Assembly (NCBI RefSeq): GCF_009914755.1
Contig: NC_060936.1
Strand: one strand, 5' to 3'
DNA: 64,000 nucleotides
Source of the DNA: the human T2T-CHM13v2.0 reference genome, Homo sapiens
Shown: positions 18,292 to 32,025 of the stretch, piece by piece
Layout of the letters: each line of letters starts with the position of its first letter
Position numbering within the stretch: position 1 is the stretch's first letter
Position numbers and translations under genes: made by a program
The notes under the pieces: model-generated
The model's database searches: none
The model's input: only the letters and a program-made list of their open reading frames with translations
Told to the model about the DNA's origin: nothing

Positions 18292-20048
18292 CTCTTATAG
18301 CCTCACACCATCAAAGCTTTTTGTCAAATTTTATCATGACATTTCATGGTAGTCCCCATTCTTCAGCCTTATGATTTCTGAATCATAAACTTATAGCCTA
18401 TTGTTTTTCTCAATAGAAACAAAGATAATTAAAACTTACTTAGGATTTGACTATAAGAAAATGCCATCTGGGGATGTCATGTTCCAGTCTCTAGAATTAC
18501 TGTCAGTGGGAAGAGTGGAAAACTAGGAAGGTGGATGATCCAGAAAAGAAGAAAATCACTAAAAACTAGTAATATCTTGATTTTCCTCACTACTATTCTA
18601 TCTTCCCAAAGGTAGTACTACTAACAACCCTAGAAAAATGAAAGCTAAAATGTATTTTTTCATCATTAACTTGAAATCTGGATCTATTTTCCATAAAATT
18701 TAGTTAGAAAGGTATTTTGCTTTTGAGAGCTTCTCTTGGTGGGCCTTGAGAACATTGAGACTTAGGGTTGTCCCAATCTGAATTTGCCTCAGGTGAGATT
18801 AAGAAGTTTTGGGTGGATGCAGAGGGATAGAAGTGATAAACTATTCTCTGCCCCATTCATCTATATTGGGATTAACCTACTGAAACATTTCCCTTCGTTT
18901 ACCTGGGCCATCTCTGTTCCCACAATCTGGGATGCAGATGCTGTAACCCCTCTTTTTAGGGCAGTTCTTCAGGTTAGGTATCAGTTTTCTCTACTGTGGA
19001 CTCAATGATGCCAGCCAACCCCATCAGAAGGACTTCCTGGTCCTGTTTCTAGATTGCAACCAGAAGACCATTTCTTGTTCCTATAGCATTCAGGATTAAG
19101 ACTTCTTGTTATATTGAGTTAAATTTTGCATAACCCTAAGAAACAAGAGGAAGGGGAAGAGGGAAAAGACCTGTTTTCAGACGTTGTTAGTGACATTAAA
19201 GAAATTTCTGAAAGATTCTGGCCTAAAGCCTAAGATCCATTGAGATAGAGAGTACAGAGAGTTAGCTGAAGGACCTTGCAATCTCTACTTGAATTTGTTG
19301 CCCTGGCTTCTACTTCCAGTTTCATCCTTTACTATCGTGACCTCTGCTGTCCTACCATAGTTTATAACTTCAAGCAAAGAGGCAGATAAATATTGGGAGC
19401 TATGGAACCTCAGGAAAGAATCACTAACCTGTCTCGCAAAGGATTAGGGGCCCAAAAGAAATATAAATCTTCCAAAGACAAAGAAGGGATGCTAGCCCCA
19501 TCATAAAGTCCTTCCTCACTGTTCACTACTTTGTTTTCTGCCAGATAATTCTCAAAAACCACCTACCAGTATTCTGTATATTGAATTTGTGTGTGTTTCC
19601 TTATAAACAGAGGCAATGAGCCCTGTTCCTTCTCTCCACCTCTGCCCTTCTAAACTCCCTATCTCTCTGATCACCCAAGTGCCCCATCTCACCTACTTTG
19701 TGAACTCCCGAGACTCTTACAGGATCAAATTCTTAGAACTCCAGGATCTGTTTCTGAGTGTGGTTCTGGCCTCAAGCTGTACCCTTAAGGTACAGCTTCT
19801 AGAATTGAGTCACAGTTCATTCAAAAACGCTACGGTAGGAAATCTTAGAGCCAAAAGAGTTCCCACAGGTTGAACTCCTGATTCCGGGGGAATATTCCTG
19901 AGTTTTACCACAGGGTACCCTTCTGACTCCAATGTCTGGCCCTGAAGGCATTATGTAGGTCAGATTATAACTGTAGGCCAGGAAAGAGCCAGCTTCTAAG
20001 AAAAGAGATACAGATTTTCAGAAGTATACCCTTGTACACACAGGAGCT
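18292..20048 (-). pseudogene. Probable unprocessed SCAN-KRAB (ZKSCAN-type) gene fossil
   Basis: Exon ~20048-19563 after acceptor ttccacag reads, across frameshifts, EGYPVVKL..QEFNLW.NSFGSKISYR..TVTQF*KL..LRPEPH.KQILEF..EFTK*VR (SCAN-like). Exon 18499-18440 reads NSRDWNMT..LIVKS*|gtaagt. Exon 18377-18292 reads EEWGL.*NVM..|gt (KRAB-A remnant). Highly decayed; zinc-finger exon not found. Confidence 0.55.
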
Positions 20049-20403
20049 CTGTGGAAATTAAATACCATCTCATTCTAGGTGCTAGCATTCCAAATTCCTA
20101 TCATATACTCCTGCAGACTATCCTGTCAGGGAGAAAGATGTTGCCTAGAACTTCCTCTAAAAGTGTCTATTTGTGCTTCTTACTTTTTTAGTTCCTGAAT
20201 TACAATTCAGGTACTTTTGGGGAACTGAGTGAAACCAATGTCCCTTTTACCTTGTGGTAGGTGCTTAACTCCAGTAAAAATTTCATTTGTTTTCTACCAC
20301 AGCCTTAAGAAGTAAGTACTATTACCCCTTTTAACAGATGAGAATACTTAGAGAAGTAATTTGATCATTTAGTTTTAATTATAGAGTTAGGACTTGAATC
20401 TAG

Positions 20404-20926
<523 letters not shown>

Positions 20927-20974
20927 TCCCTTTACTTTCTTAATAAACTTGCTATCACTTTACTCCATGGATTT

Positions 20975-21030
20975 GGAAGAAGAAGGAAGAAGAAGAAAGA
21001 AGAAGAAGAAGAAGGAGGAGGAGGAGGAGG
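20975..21030 (+). repeat. (GAA)n(GAG)n microsatellite
   Basis: Direct reading. Confidence 0.9.
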
Positions 21031-21969
21031 GGAGAAATGGGAGGAATCATATGGATTTTAGGATACAGTTGAAAGTTTACTTTAAATTTCCTGGGTTCCA
21101 TGCTCCTTGTCATTGGCAATTCAAATAGTTATTCATTCCTTTCTGAGACTCACAGGAAGGGTAAACTCTCTTTGTTTAGCTAACCTACAGAACACATTAC
21201 TGAAGAGCAGGAGACCTCAATCTGTCTTAGAAGAAAGGCCAGATTCTGGCATCGTCTTTCCTTGACACTGCCTTCCTAGCCTTTATTTACCCTCAGAGGT
21301 GTGAGAAGCTGATCTCCACACTTCATTGTCTGACCTGGAGGTAAACCATGGGAGGGGAGCCCTGGGTTCTAGTTTCAATGCTGTTGCTGTGTAGTGGTGG
21401 ACCTTGGGCAGGCAGGGCCCTTTTATCTCAGTGTTCTGTGAAATGAAGCAGCTGACCAAGATGTACTGTGGAGGGTCAAGCCATGTGCCAGGACCACAGA
21501 TCCTTTGACTCACACCATATATTCTGCCTCCCAAGTCCTTATCCCACGGTGGGCAATCATTTTCCTCTCAAAGCCCTTTATCATATTAAATTCAACAAAC
21601 ATCATATACCTCCTGGCTATTTTGCGCCGAGCACTGTTCTGGGCACCTTTACATATTTGGGCTTTCCAGTTTGCACTCTCAAGGAAACAAACAAAAAGAA
21701 AGAAAAACCTGACACGACCCCCTTCACCCCTCGCCCCACCCACTTTCCCACCTACACACCCAAAATGCTTAGGTGAGCAGAATGAAAGGCTGAGCTAGAT
21801 TCTGGAACACTTTTAAGGAAAGAGACGGAAGGACAGTAGGGTCAGTTCTTCAGGAGGGTGAAAATTAGGAGGCTACCAAATTCTACCCCAGATTATCTAT
21901 AGTCTCCCACCCATTTTTCATTCGTTTATGCCTCAGTAATAAGAAGCACGACAGTCTTTTCCCTCAGCA

Positions 21970-22560
21970 GTCAATGACTGAGTCAGCATTTTGAGGCAGC
22001 GCCGCCTCTCAGGCTCCAGGACACAGGACGCCTTGAGACTACATTTCCCACAGGCCACAGCCCAGCCTCCCGTCTTCTAACAGTCTTCCTAGAAAGGTGC
22101 GCATGTTCCGACCATTAGCACACGGCTGGTGCGCTCGGTGCAGGCTATCGGAGCCCGGGACAGGGCCGATCCAGCCAGGCTTCAGGGTGCGGGAAACGGG
22201 TGCGCCATGAGATAGAAGCTTTCTGCTTCCACCCACTCCAGGCGCCCAGTCTTTCTCCAGCACCTCTTAAGCTAGCCCCAGGACTCTGCAAGGTACCCGA
22301 GGACAGGAGTCACTGCTTGCATCCCCTCAGCCTTGGGGCAAGAAGAAGGAGCCAGAATCCAGGAAAGGGGCTTTGGCGAAACTGCACGGAAATCATTCCT
22401 TCCGTTTACGTAATTTTAGTTTTAAGTGTAGCAGCCGGGGAGAAAATTGTGAAGGGGAGTGAGACAAGCGTTCGATTACTTAGCCAATTGTAGTGCACAA
22501 CTGAAGTTGCAGACCTGAAGAAGCCGCCGCATTGCCATGGCAACAGTACAGGGACTGAAT
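21970..22560. promoter_or_regulatory. CpG-enriched promoter-like element
   Basis: Local CpG enrichment; TGAGTCA AP-1 site ~21978; ZNF143-type GACTACATTTCCCA ~22037-22050; GCGCATG NRF1-like ~22099; RFX X-box ATTGCCATGGCAAC 22531-22544. Confidence 0.65.
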
Positions 22561-22879
22561 CTCTGGTTTATTTCAATTTCATATCTACCCGGTAGAGGCC
22601 CACCAAATACGATCCAGCCCCTGCTCTCAAGGAGAAGTAAGGAGGACAGTCAATCGATAAATATTGGTTAAACTCCTACTGTGCAGGCAACCTACTGGAC
22701 ACGGAGATACAATTATGAATAAAACACTGCTCTTGCTCTCAAGCAAACTATTCTAAGTGATGATTGTTGCGATGTGTGCTATGGGAATAAAACGCAAGGA
22801 CGCCTAACCCAGATTGTTGAGGTGGTGGGAGAGAGTCAAGGAAAGCCACCCAGAGAAAGCCATGGGTGTGAATTAAGTC

Positions 22880-24310
22880 CTGAAGTGTCCTAGATTTAGA
22901 AAAAACTTCGATCTTCGTTACCTGCACACAAAAGTAAAGTCCAGATGAATTAAAGAGCTAAACATTTTTTAATTGTAAAAATATTAAAAGAAAATATGGT
23001 ATAATACTATTTATAGTCTAAGGTAGGGAAACAAGTCACAAAGCTAAAGAAGCCATAAAGGAGAAGATTGATAAAATTGAAAACATAAAATTAGAAACGT
23101 ATCAGTAACAGAGATACCATAAACAAAGTTAGGAGACAAAAGAAAGGCCAGGAGAAATTATCTGTATCAAGCATCAGAGCAAAGGATTAACATCCAGAGG
23201 TCCAAAGATACCAGAAAACATACTTGTAGGCAAACAGAATTGGATCTATTAATTGTTGCAAAAAGAGATTGTGTGCCGGGGAACCTGTGAGATATCTCAG
23301 TAAGAGGCAGTTAAGAGGGGATTGTTTTGTGGTTTGGGCTTGTGTCAAATATTGGGGTGAGTCTTTCAGAAAGTGAAGCAATTCCATGATTGCATATCTT
23401 AATTATCATCTAGGAGGTAGGAGGTATCCAATGGAGCTAAAGTTGTAAATGGGTAAAACAGCAGCAGGCCCTCACTTTTGTGGTCATTTTTGTGATTTGC
23501 ACAGTGTTCTTGTTTTTATCTTTGCTCAGACATAATTACAGAGTGGTCATATTTTTTGTCTTATTTTATCACAGATACAGAATAACCTTGTCTGATGTTG
23601 GTGTTCTCTGTTACCGTTTAAGTAGAGAACAACTGGACCAGCTCCTATCTGACACTGTCATTTCTCTGTCTCCCAGAATATAAAGAGCTCCTACAAGTCA
23701 ATAAATAGCCCAGTGAAAAACTAGAGAAGGATAGGAAGAACAATTCACGAAAGAAGAAGTAAAAATAAACAGATGAAAAGATGCTCAGTTGCACCGATAA
23801 GGAAATGCAAATTAAAACAATAAAACACAGCCAGGCATGGTGGCTCATGCCTGTAATCCCACCGAGGCTGAGGCAGGAGGATCCATTGAGGCCAGGAGCT
23901 CCAGACCAGCCTGAACAACGTAGCAAGATCCCACTGAGAGGACTGTTTGAGCCCAGGAGTTCCAGGTTACAGTGAGCTATGATTGTGCCACTACACTGTA
24001 GCCTGGGCAACAGAATGAGACCCTGTCTCAAAACAAACAAACAAACAAACAATAAAACACTGTTGGGAGTAATTTAAATTAGCCCAGCCTTTTTGGAGGG
24101 CAATTTGGCAATATATACCAAAATATAAATGTATATACCCTTCAACTAGGAATTCCATTTCTAGAACTCTCCCAGAGAATTATATACATATATACACAAA
24201 GAAGAATATAAAAGGATATCCAGTGTAGCATGTTTGCAGTATTAAAAACAGAAAAAAATATAAGTAACTGTCAAAGGGCAATAATTAAATAAACTCTGGA
24301 ATACTATGCA
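22880..24310 (+). mobile_element. Old L1M 3' region with a nested LTR-like segment (~23200-23655) and AluJ (~23829-24052)
   Basis: ggaaatgcaaattaaaaca and ggaattccatttctagaac L1M motifs; internally deleted Alu with (CAAA)n tail. Confidence 0.65.
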
Positions 24311-25443
24311 GTAGCTTAAGTTTGATCTTTAAAAATTTCTTTAATTTTTTAAATACATGAAAGTTAATATTTATATGTCTAACAACATAGTAAAATACTT
24401 ACAATGTTTAGTAAAAAATCCAGCATTCATAATTATACAATATGATTTCAAGTGTTTTTTTAACTATACAAATAAAACAAGATTTAGAAAATACTTCTAA
24501 ATTTGCATAAGGTATTGGATGGTGAAGCTATGGGTTATTTTTTCTTCGTTCTAATTTCCGGTTTTCCAAACTGTGATTAATAAGCATGCATTTCTTTTAA
24601 AAATGAATAAAAGCGTGTTTTAAACGTAGCAGCCTGCATTGCATAAGCAGGGACTAATCCAGACTATCTGGCCTGGCTTGTCAAAGAATAGTACCTATAG
24701 AGAAAAGAGCTCACATTGGAAAAAAGTTTTTCCAAAGCTACCTAGACTCTATGACCCACTTTAAAATTACATGAGGGCTTGCAATAGGGAGTCTGGTTAC
24801 TCGTGTGCACAAATGCTGCCAGGTTCCAAACTGATTTAATGACCTTGGTGACACATTAACACTGCTTTAAAAAGCCTTTATTATTTTTCATTACCAAGCA
24901 ATGTGAACATCAGGTGCCCTCTTATTTTATTCCTGAGACTTACCCCACTCCCGATCTTTTTCTCAATTTTGATCTTTGCCAGGGAAGGTCAAGGATTGGG
25001 TGAGATTTCAAGAATGAGGTCAGGGAGGAATATATAATATATTGATATGATATATAATCTATTAATTATCAAAATATTTAAAACCTTCCTATACTTCACT
25101 TTCACTGAAGCTTAATTTTCATGTTTTCACTTTTTTCTGGTGTATCTCATTTTATCAGCTCAAATGCAAAATTCTCAAAATCAAATATAATCATTTCCTC
25201 TCAGAATGAGCCATTATTTCCTAATTAATACAGAGCTTTGAAATGAATATAATCAAAGCATAGGCCTATACCATATCAATGTACAATGACCAAAGCCTGG
25301 TTGGCCTTTTAAAATGTTGACAAAAGTGTATCCCACAGTTGCAGATCTCATTTGACCTTATTCAAGTAATTTCCCCAAAAGTAACTTTATTTCTTTCATA
25401 TGGTGACTATAGAGTACCACAAAATTAAGAATGAGGGTACAAG

Positions 25444-25568
25444 TTTTAACCCATATAAACCATTAACATGAAAACTACAGTAAAACTTATTTTAACCCAT
25501 ATAAATTATTAACATGAAAACTACAGTAAAACTTACTGGATTTGAACTACAGTAAAACTTACAGTAAA
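25444..25568. repeat. 46-bp tandem duplication plus partial copies
   Basis: ttttaacccatataaa..attaacatgaaaactacagtaaaactta twice, then aactacagtaaaactta again. Confidence 0.88.
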
Positions 25569-25999
25569 AATTCCCTGAATTTGTTTACTGTGAAAGAATG
25601 AAATAAAATCTGCTGGGAATGGGCTAATACATAAATAAATACATGTAGCTAGAAAAGAATATTTATAATTACTTTTTAAACTATTGGGGAATATTCAAAT
25701 TTAATGTGGATTTCCAGTTACAACCGACATTTGTTATGACAAATGTGTGCTAGGGTATTTTATTAGTTGGTTCTTGTGGAACTCAGACGACGTTGTGAAA
25801 ATTGGGCTCTAAAAATTCTTTCACTTGAAATTTATGGAAAGTTGTAAAAATCTCTGACTTATAATATTAACTTGGTTACATTTATTGATATCCTTAATTG
25901 GGTTTATAAAAGTTGGACTATTGCAGCACTGAAATAATATCCATGTTATTGGATAATATCCAGTTATTGGTTATATTATTGGTTAATATCCAAAGGCCT

Positions 26000-26408
26000 T
26001 TGCAATGATCTACATGTTATATACCCCTAAAAGTCATATGTGGAAAGCTAATCCACAGTGTGATGATATTTGGAGGTGGAATCTTTGGGAGGTAATTAAG
26101 TAATGAAGGTGGAGCTCTCGTGAATGGAATTAGTGCCCTTATAAGAAGAGGCCAGGGAACTACCTCCCTCTCTTTCTTCCATGTGAGGCTACAATAAGAA
26201 GCTGGCAGTTTGCAACCTGGAAGAGGGCCCTCATCAGAACTCCACCATGCTGACATTCTGATCTCAAACTTCCAGCCTCCATAAATATTATATTAATATT
26301 TAATAAATAAATATTAAATCCATTAAATAAAATATTAAATAAATATCTGTTGTTTATAAGCCACCTAGGCTATGGTACTTTGTTTTAGTACCCAGACTGA
26401 CTAAAACA
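26000..26408 (+). mobile_element. MLT1A/MST-type MaLR LTR
   Basis: tttgggaggtaattaag...attagtgcccttataagaagagg...ttccagcctcca...ttataagccacc...gactaaaaca. Confidence 0.82.
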
Positions 26409-27850
26409 GTGACCTTAGACCACCTGGATTTATTTCCTGACTTGCTGGCTTTGTGAGTTTCAGAAAGTTATTTAACTTGTCTGTTCCTCAGGTTTCCTTA
26501 TCTATAAAACAATTTTAATAATACTTGTAAGACATTGTTGGAAGACTTATATATGATAATCTACGAAATCCAATAGAAAATATGCCAAATAACAGCAGGA
26601 ATCTTGTCCGACTTGTTAACTATCCTATTCTCCATTAAAGTAATGCCTATTAACACATACTTGGTGCTTAAGAAAGATCAGTTAAATGAATAAATGTAAA
26701 ATAAATGACCTTTGGACATATTAATCACTCAAGAATATTATTATAGTTATTATTATCATCATTATTATCTCATAAGGGTTAAAAGTAAAACTCTGCACCA
26801 TTTTCTCACTCTTCTAGAGATATACCACCAATCTAGTTATAACACTGTCTGGATCCAATCATATTATAGCAGCTGTGCTTTGCTTATATCTTCTAATTGG
26901 TTCTAAACTCTTGAGTATATTCAATACTTTCTAACATCAATATTACATATCATCACAGTGTTATACACTAAACCCCTACAGTGGACCCACAGAAGCCCTC
27001 ATTCTTACCCTTCTCTATAAAATCACTTCAAAGTCTATGTGGTGATTTCACTTGGAGCCTGACCCTTATCAGACGATAACCTTGATTTGTGTGTAAGTCC
27101 TGTTCTGACTCTTCTTTACCATGTAGGCCTACTTGAACTTGCTTATTCATTACATTTTCTAACCTCTTATTCATTAGTCACTAAATGGCCCATCAGAGAT
27201 TCAGGCTTTGGCCAGCCTTGTGACACATGACAACACTTTGTTGTGGAAAAGACTGTACTGTGTTTATTAGGTATTGCAAAGCTTCATGGTTATTCAGCTA
27301 TAAAGTTGGAAATGCTAACCCATCTAATCACCTTACTTTTTAGATAGTAAATAAGATGTATTATTAAATTATTTTAAATTGATTATTAGATACATATTAA
27401 GTACCAGGCCCAGTGTTTGACAGTTTATTATAAATCATTACTAATGTCATGACAACCCTGCCAGGGTGGTATTGGTACCTCAATTTTATAGATAAGAAAG
27501 CTGAGTAACTTGTCATGGGCTGCATAGTTAATACATCTGACATTTATTCATTGGTTTACTATATTCCAGGCACTACACTAAACGCTTGACACACATTTTC
27601 TCATCTACCCTCACAGCAACCTTAGAGGTAACAGCGACACACATCCTTGTACTTTTCATTCCCAAACATTTCCTAAATGATGAAGACATTGTTGTGACCA
27701 AGGACTAGTGGAAGCCAAGGTCAGGGAACATCTATATATGGAAATGTTTGTTGCACTAACAAGGAAGGTCACATAATAAGATTTCACATCCTGTGTGTTT
27801 CCCACCAGTAAATATTTCTTTGATTTAGCAATTTTCCTCTGTTATCCTAT

Positions 27851-28277
27851 TGAGGCAGGAGAATAGGGTCTGGAGGCAGGGAGCCTAAGGACTTCCTAGA
27901 ACTAAATCCAACAGAAAAACCCCAACTTTCTATGCCCAAGTAAATAACTTTGTAACTTCACTTCAGCTATGACAGGAAACTTCCTCTTCATTTGTACAGG
28001 GTGTACACCAAGTAAATAACCCTGTAATTTTACTTCACCCTCTTCATTTGCATAGGGCATACACCAAGTAACCAATGAGAAACCTCTAGAGGGTATTTAA
28101 ACCTCAGAAAATTCTGTAACTAGTGCTCATGAGCTGTTTGCTCAAGACTGCTCCCACTCTGTGGCATGTACTTTCTTTTCAATAAATCTGTGCTTTTCTT
28201 TTGTTGCTTTATTTGTGCATTTTGTGCAATTCTTTGTTCAAAATGCCAAGAACCTGGACACCCTCCACTAGTAATGT
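27851..28277 (+). mobile_element. MER4-group ERV1 solo LTR
   Basis: tgaggcaggagaatagggtctggaggcaggg start, tatttaaa TATA ~28094, AATAAA ~28181, ccaagaacctggacacc end. Confidence 0.8.
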
Positions 28278-28759
28278 AGAGTGGAGTAGATAAATAATTT
28301 AGTAGAATTATTAGATCTTTTTTTGCCTAATATAACTTTTTCAATACTTAAGTAAATAAAAAAAGAAATTTATTATAACATAGTCCAATAATAAATGGTA
28401 TAATTAGATTTTGGTGAGTATGCTCTTAATTCTTTTGTTCAATCAATTAAAACACCAATCAGTAGCTGAATTAAGTTTGGGAATCCAAATAAAGAGGGAG
28501 TCTTGAGAAGTGACTAATTCTATCCCTGAATGATAAAACGTATTCTTTTATTTAGAATGGAAGGGTTTCTAGAAAATTAGCTGGTGTTTCATCGAGGAGG
28601 GGTTAAGGAGAAGGTGGTTTCAGGGGCCAATGGAATACAAGAGGGAACAAGGGAAAGGTTACTCAAGGTGAATCAATTAAGGATATTAAAAATGGTAGCA
28701 ACAATACCAATTTGGTTACCTCGCCATTTATTCTACAACCTATATAGATTTTGCCTATG

Positions 28760-29400
28760 TTGCTCTGCAGATAATTAAGATTTCATTTCATTTGTAAAAG
28801 TATTTGCATTTAGTCTGTGAAAGTATTAATCTGTCCATAGCACTGTCACAGGGTATATCCTTTACATAGTGGGTTCCCAAGAAGATGTAACACCCTTATC
28901 TCAATAATTTCTTTGCACATCAATTGATAGTGATAACACATAAAAGCATTCTGTTTTGTTGATGGCATTTTATGTCTGCTTGATAATCAAAAGAAGGTAG
29001 TCTGCTACATTAATAGTTAGAATAGAAAATTTCCAACAGTGAGATGCATTGTATTTAGACTTCTCATCCAGCACTTTTGAATGGTGTGAACTATCAAGGA
29101 TACTTGCTATGGTCTGATCCAAAAAAGAGCCAATAAGGAATTTCATAAATGGTTCTTGATTAGGACCCAGTCACTGTGTTGGAGTTAGTGATATGGTAGC
29201 ACAGATCTCTCTGGGATGGAGGCCTCAATCTATGAATAACATTATACACAATGGCTCAATAATATGAGGTAATATTATCATTCGTAGTCTACTAGCCTTT
29301 TAAAGTCTTGAGGGCAAAAAAGAACAAATGGGTGGTCCCTGCCCTTGATTGTTTTATAATAGCCTAACACAGTTTTCCTGTTTAATGTGGCCATTATGCT
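28760..29400 (+). mobile_element. Very old L1-clade ORF2 (RT) remnant
   Basis: Collinear degenerate motifs: PLSQ*FL (cf. PLSPLLF), CFVDGILCLLDN (cf. LFADDMIVYLEN), VNYQGYL (cf. IKYLGIQL), W*HRSLWDGGLNL (cf. [14 protein letters not shown]), KKNK...LP (cf. [11 protein letters not shown]). Confidence 0.5.
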
Positions 29401-30233
29401 TATTTGGGCAAATGGTTATCTCAAATATGTGATATGCAGTACAGTCAATTTCTTCCTTAAAAATATGTCTGTTTTCTCAACTCCTCTTACATTTTGAGGA
29501 TAGTGCAAGAATTATTTTACATGGAAAAATGTATGGATTTTGTATTGAGTCAGTGGGATAACAACTTCAATGCTTCTCTTTTTATACTTTTGCCGAGGAA
29601 TGAAATGGGAATACCAATACTTATGCTACTACCGCTGGCAATAACAACAGGCCATCTCCAATGGCGAACAGAGCATTATCTATCTTAAAAGAGAGAAAGT
29701 TAAATCTATCCACAGTGAAATATTTGAAAATATAAAAACAGAGAGAACATAATATCATAGAAAGAGCCCCACACAATTAACAGACATTAACAATGAAAGG
29801 GACAGCAGTGTGTTGGTATAAACACAACCTCATTTTCCTGAACTCCATTTCACCTTCTCATTCCTATTTCATCTCTTGGCAAAAGTATAGAAACAGAGGC
29901 ATCGAAGGTGTTATCCCACATACTCAAGCACTGGTCAAGGCAATAATGATTACATCAGCACTGAGCCTTACAGATTCATTTAGTATTACAAGAAAGAACC
30001 TTGAAAACAAACCATTTCTATTGTGTTGAGCCCATGGTCTACAAACCTCTAGGCATTCATAAGCAACTCTCAATATTTCAGTGTTCTAAGAGAAATCACA
30101 TAGCTACCTAAGTTTGTGCATGCTAAATAAAATCTTGTTTCTTTGTTTTTGGCTGAAATACCAACTCAGGGTGGCAACCATGGTTATCTTATGCTAACGA
30201 AAATGTCTTTGGCTAATATAATAAAAATTGTTC

Positions 30234-30585
<352 letters not shown>

Positions 30586-31009
30586 TTAGGGGTCTTGATG
30601 GCCTAACTCCAGTAGTCCAATCTGTCCCCCATTTTGAGGACACTAAGACTTGCAGAGGTGAAATTATTTGCCCAAAACCACTACCCAAGAGAACACTCAG
30701 TTCAGCAAAGGTATTTTTAAACCATAGCACATAACATTCTATGCCTGCTTACTTTTTAGATAAAAGAAGAATGTGAAGCCAGTGGCCCGCCTGATGGTGG
30801 ATAGGTGTGTTTTTCTAAACTTCAGCAGCCTTCTCTTACAATAAGTAATCTCAGTCATTATCCTCAGCCAGGTTTCCTCCTATAAGATAGAAATATTAAC
30901 CCCTATCTGTTATGGTATTGATAAGAATTGCATGTTAAGTCAACCACTCCTTTAACATACTGCAGAAACTTCAGTAAATGCTACCTATTATAATTAGATA
31001 TGCTAGACC

Positions 31010-31520
31010 AGTAGTTCTCAAAGTGTGGTCATCAGAACAGCAGCATCATCTGGAAATTTGTTAAAAATGCAAATTATTGAGCCTCACCCTGAACCTACTA
31101 AATCAGAAACTTTTCAGGTAGGGCCCAGCAATCTGTTTTTGTTTTGTTTTGTTTTGTTTTGTTTTGTTTTGTTTATTTTGAGATGGGGTCTCACTCTGTC
31201 ACCCAGGCCAGAGTGCAGTGGTATGATCTCGGCTCACTGCAACCTCCACCTCCCGGCTCAAGTGATCTTCCCACCTCAGCCTCCGAGTGGCTGGGACCAC
31301 GTGCCATCACAAGCAGCTAATTTTTTGTATTTTTTTGTTGTTGTAGAGATGAGGTTTCACCATGTTGCCCAGGCTGGTCTCAAACTCCTGAGCTCAAGCG
31401 ATCTGCCTGCCTCAGCCTCCGAAAGTGTTGGGATTACAGGCATGAACCACCGTGCCCAGCCCAATGTGTTTTTTAAATCTTTCAGATGTTTCTGACGCAC
31501 AGTCAAACTTTGAGAATTAG
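31010..31520. mobile_element. MER5A with a minus-strand Alu inserted (~31134-31461)
   Basis: cagtagttctcaaagtgtggtc...aaactttgagaa termini; Alu with (TTTTG)n tail. Confidence 0.8.
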
Positions 31521-31836
31521 GTCCCACCATGACAAAACAAAACTGAAATTCCCCTGAGGATATATTTGTACTTACAAGCATTTTGTTATGTTTATCATTC
31601 GCACATTTTAAGGCATAAACTAGCAGTAATATTGGGAATTAATTTTAATAATATGGCTAGCTAAAAACTTGATGATGGGCAGGAGAATAAAGTCAAGAGA
31701 AAGCCTGAACACTCAGTGCCACTCCCTAGGCATGCCAAACAGAGAGCCTGTAGCAGGAAAGATTGTTAGAGAGGAAGCACTTGCGTGTGGATGGACAGAC
31801 GGAAAAATAATTCTTCCTTAATTATTCAGAAATCTA

Positions 31837-31982
31837 GGCCGGGCCTGGTGGCTCACACCTGTAATCCCAGCACTCTGGGGGGCCAAGTGGGAGGACTGCT
31901 GAGGCCAGGAATTTGAGACCACCCTGGGGCAATGAGGCAAAATCCTGGTCTCAGCAGCAAAATAAATAAATAAATACATAAA

Positions 31983-32025
<43 letters not shown>

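Noticed and set aside
29793-30029. GIEGVIPHTQAL...RKNLENK as a retroviral env TM remnant
   Set aside because: Only a vague resemblance; no QNRxALD or CX6CC motif.
28600-30050. Olfactory receptor pseudogene, expected in this chromosomal neighbourhood
   Set aside because: No PMYFFL, MAYDRY or KAFSTC motifs found on either strand.
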